From NCBI GenBank assembly GCA_965230295.1, contig OZ246001.1, positions 96,001 to 160,000 on the forward strand: 64,000 nt of DNA. Direction: 5' to 3'. The stretch comes from Marinicella sp. GTDB taxonomy: Bacteria; Pseudomonadota; Gammaproteobacteria; Xanthomonadales; Marinicellaceae. Below are positions 61,041 through 64,000 of this stretch, piece after piece. The position numbers and the translations under genes were made by a program. Under the pieces are notes generated by a model, which saw only the letters and a list, made by a program, of their open reading frames with translations, searched no databases and was not told where the DNA came from. Numbering within the stretch: the stretch's first letter is position 1; each line of letters begins with the position of its first letter.

Positions 61041-61863
61041 CCCCTCCTGTTTCATCCGTGCTGGCATCATCTGCCGCAAAAATTTCAGTATAAGCCTGGT
61101 ATTGAGCCCCTAGACCAATACCTCCTGCCGTAACGACAAAAAACAACACAATCACATTGACCACCAATGGACTGGCCGCTCCCATGATTGCTGCCACCAT
61201 TGATATCATTAAACTGGCAACCACCACAATCGCAAAAAACAACAACAAAAAGATCAATGTCATGGCCACAAAAGCCCGCCAGGCTCTGACCACACCCATT
61301 GCGCTGAATTTAATGGCAGAGATGGGTTTGGTTTGTTTGAAAATAATCAATGCCGGTGAAAATGCCAAAGCCATGGCCACAGGAATATTAGACAATAAAT
61401 TTAAACAGGCCCTGAACAATGACTCTTTACCTGACATGTTTCTTACCATTTCCTCGGTCAACACCAAAGGCAAATCATACAGCAAAAGAATTTGTTCTTG
61501 CAGGTAATTTAACAGCAGAGTCAACCCTGCAGTCAGCACCCCTAATACAATAAAAGCATTGAAATTTTCTATAACAGGTTGCCATAACTTGGCCAGATTA
61601 TATGCAGCTAAATTGTTGGCCTGTTGACAACATTTCATCATAAATGCAGACACCATGGGGGAGGCAAACACCATCATGATGGTCACAAAATTTGGTGATA
61701 CATTACCGATCAGAACCATCAATACACCGAGCATGATGCAAACAGAGTACCACTGCATTTTGACTTGCTTAAAATACATCACACCCGCATCAAACCAATT
61801 CTTTCCTGACTTCCAAGAAAATTCAGTGTGGGTAAATGGGGGTTTGTTATTATTTGGGTTCAT
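61009..61863 (-). CDS. BPSS1780-like membrane protein
   Basis: G..W...G..YF start, multiple TM helices, FSPALI and Y.AY.EIF. Confidence 0.7.
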   Translation of the reverse strand: MNPNNNKPPFTHTEFSWKSGKNWFDAGVMYFKQVKMQWYSVCIMLGVLMVLIGNVSPNFVTIMMVFASPMVSAFMMKCCQQANNLAAYNLAKLWQPVIENFNAFIVLGVLTAGLTLLLNYLQEQILLLYDLPLVLTEEMVRNMSGKESLFRACLNLLSNIPVAMALAFSPALIIFKQTKPISAIKFSAMGVVRAWRAFVAMTLIFLLLFFAIVVVASLMISMVAAIMGAASPLVVNVIVLFFVVTAGGIGLGAQYQAYTEIFAADDASTDETGGDDGTEIYTEI

Positions 61864-61887
61864 TAAGCTTGGATGTCCTGTATGGGT

Positions 61888-62334
61888 TCATTCAGTGGTG
61901 GCAGAGGATAAACCCTTGATGGCAGCATCCACCGCATACCAACACAATGTGGCCGATTTGATTCTGGATGGAAATTTCTTCACCGTGACCAGCGTATTGA
62001 CTTGACCCAGTGATTCGAACGATTGGTTTTCAGCCTGTTTGTCCATCAGCTGCTTGAATTGTTCAAATGCCTGTTGCCATTCAGACACCGTTAATCCTGT
62101 AGACACTTCTGTCATCATAGATGCTGAAGCCATGGCAATGGCACAGCTTTCACCATCAAAATGAACAGCCATTAGCACACCATCATTGATGGTTAAATAC
62201 ACTTCTACCAAGTCACCACAAACCGCGTTCAAACCTTCCGCATGATGGGTCCACGATTCCGGTTTTCCAAAATTTCTGGGATTCCTGTTGTGTTCTAATA
62301 TGGCTTCTTTGTACAGCTTATTTAAATCTGACAT
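61888..62334 (-). CDS. sufU: SufU/IscU-type Fe-S assembly protein
   Basis: LY.E.ILEH.RNPRN, NAVCGD, CAIAMASAS and FPSRIK.ATL.W. Confidence 0.88.
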   Translation of the reverse strand: MSDLNKLYKEAILEHNRNPRNFGKPESWTHHAEGLNAVCGDLVEVYLTINDGVLMAVHFDGESCAIAMASASMMTEVSTGLTVSEWQQAFEQFKQLMDKQAENQSFESLGQVNTLVTVKKFPSRIKSATLCWYAVDAAIKGLSSATTE

Positions 62335-62335
62335 C

Positions 62336-63538
62336 CTACTCAAACATGGCTTTGGCTTTGAGCAGAGATTCTACCAGAACATCGACCTCTTTTTCAGTAT
62401 TATAAAAAGACAGCGAAGCACGGCAACTGCCAGCCAATCCAAAGTATTGAAAGATCGGCATGGTGCAATGATGGCCTGTTCTCACGGCCACGCCATAATG
62501 GTCAATAATGGTACCAATGTCATGGGCATGGATGCCATCAATCACAAAAGAAAAAACCGGTGATTTATTGGCTGCATTACCTATGATTCTTAGACCCTTA
62601 ACTTGTTGTAGAGCTTGTTCGGCATAGACCCTTAGCTCTTGATCCCGCTGTTGAATTTTATCTAAACCCACTGACTGCATAAAATCAGCAGCAGCACCCA
62701 ACCCGATACCACCAGCAATGTTCGGTGTGCCTGCTTCAAATTTGGCAGGCACAGCATTGTATACAGTCGATTCAAATGTCACTTTGCTGATCATCTCACC
62801 GCCACCATGGTAAGGTGGCATGGCATTGAGGTGTTCGGCTTTGCCATACAACACACCACTGCCAGTTGGACCATACATTTTATGGCCGGATACCGTATAA
62901 AAATCACAGTCCAAGTCCTGTACATCGACTTTGATATGCGGTGTGGCTTGGGCTCCATCGACCAGGACATGTACACCCTTTTGATGCGCAGCAGCCACCA
63001 ATTTTTTGATGGGGTTGATGGTGCCCAAAGAATTTGAAACATGTACCACAGACATGAATTTGGTCTTGTCATTGAGCAACTGATCCAAATCATCCAAAAC
63101 CAGCTCACCTTGGTCATTCATGGGAATGACTTTCAATACAGCACCGGTTTGCTCACAGAGGATCTGCCACGGTACAATGTTTGAATGGTGCTCCAGGTGC
63201 GAGATCAAAATTTCATCACCCGCCTTGATGCGACTTCTGACAAAGGTTTGTGCCACCAGGTTGACTCCTTCGGTACAGCCTCTGACAAAAATCAAATCTT
63301 TAGCGGATGGCACATTGATCAATTGGGCCAGCGATTTCCTGGCCAACTCATACAGTTCGGTGGCTGATTCACTCAGGCTGTGCACCCCACGGTGGATGTT
63401 GGCGTTGTGATTGAGGTAATAATCATTGACGGCATCCAACACCACCTGGGGGCGCTGAGCTGTAGCGGCATTATCCAGATACACCAAAGGTTTCCCATGA
63501 ACCTGGTTGTTCAATCCAGGAAATTGATCTCTCAGCAT
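62336..63538 (-). CDS. sufS: Cysteine desulfurase SufS
   Basis: YLDNAAT, EHHSN, SGHKMYGP, FEAGTP and RTGHHC. Confidence 0.96.
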   Translation of the reverse strand: MLRDQFPGLNNQVHGKPLVYLDNAATAQRPQVVLDAVNDYYLNHNANIHRGVHSLSESATELYELARKSLAQLINVPSAKDLIFVRGCTEGVNLVAQTFVRSRIKAGDEILISHLEHHSNIVPWQILCEQTGAVLKVIPMNDQGELVLDDLDQLLNDKTKFMSVVHVSNSLGTINPIKKLVAAAHQKGVHVLVDGAQATPHIKVDVQDLDCDFYTVSGHKMYGPTGSGVLYGKAEHLNAMPPYHGGGEMISKVTFESTVYNAVPAKFEAGTPNIAGGIGLGAAADFMQSVGLDKIQQRDQELRVYAEQALQQVKGLRIIGNAANKSPVFSFVIDGIHAHDIGTIIDHYGVAVRTGHHCTMPIFQYFGLAGSCRASLSFYNTEKEVDVLVESLLKAKAMFE

Positions 63539-64000
63539 ACCCGTGCCTCTTGTTCGAATGATTCAATCATGATGTCACGGGCTTGCTCAATGTCTACACC
63601 TCGTGATTGTAAATAAAACAATGAGTGCTCATCCAAAGCCCCGATGGTTGACCCATGAGCTGCCACCACTTCGTCAGCATACACTTCCAATTCTGGTTTG
63701 CTGAAAATTTTGGCCTCTTCAGATAACAAGATGTTTTTCAAATCTTGGGCTATTTCAGATTGATCAGCTCCCACAGCAACCAACGCTTTGGCATTGTTGA
63801 AAATTTGTGACCGGTCTTTTGCAATTGATCGGTGTGTCACATCAGATTGGTTATTTTTATAATAATGATTCACTTTAACTAAATCTGATATATTATTGTT
63901 ATTAAATGTTTTATTTATTGATCCAGAGCGGTATTTGCTGTTTTCTGCATTGAAATTAATCACATGATTGTGGTGTTGTAATAATCCACCTATGTGGTGA
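63532..64000 (-). CDS. sufD: SufD Fe-S assembly protein, C-terminal part (start outside the window)
   Basis: KPELEVYADEV.AAHGSTIG and FYLQSRG; frame stays open to the window end. Confidence 0.85.
   Translation of the reverse strand, partial: HHIGGLLQHHNHVINFNAENSKYRSGSINKTFNNNNISDLVKVNHYYKNNQSDVTHRSIAKDRSQIFNNAKALVAVGADQSEIAQDLKNILLSEEAKIFSKPELEVYADEVVAAHGSTIGALDEHSLFYLQSRGVDIEQARDIMIESFEQEARVC

Overview
A 64-kb bacterial chromosomal segment, apparently from a gammaproteobacterium. The IPTL-CTERM and C-terminal DxIFxxGF secreted proteins suggest a Xanthomonadales/Marinicella-like marine lineage (inference only). The backbone is housekeeping: nadE, a nadD-like gene, acs, DUF4212-actP, lemA/DUF2207, carA-carB-greA-recJ, ltaE, parE and sufD-sufS-sufU. 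Many secreted or membrane proteins and several REP/REPIN-like palindromic repeats are interspersed. The most interesting part is a four-gene minus-strand accessory locus at 8798-13214. It encodes an AraC-type regulator, a RhiA-like protein, a 562-aa protein with a zinc-deaminase motif (HAE...PCxxC) and a protein ending in a phage tail-collar/fibre-like domain. An H-type pseudoknot signature lies directly before the ribosome-binding site of the deaminase gene. Other notable items: a probable 7(1) septoil-knot protein, a stand-alone DUF1887/Card1-like nuclease, an autotransporter-caspase-kinase cluster, a possible ATT-initiated pseudopilin, several apparently leaderless genes and a possible carA attenuator. 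No CRISPR array, rRNA, tRNA or transposase was seen. All family assignments come from motif recognition by eye; no searches were run.
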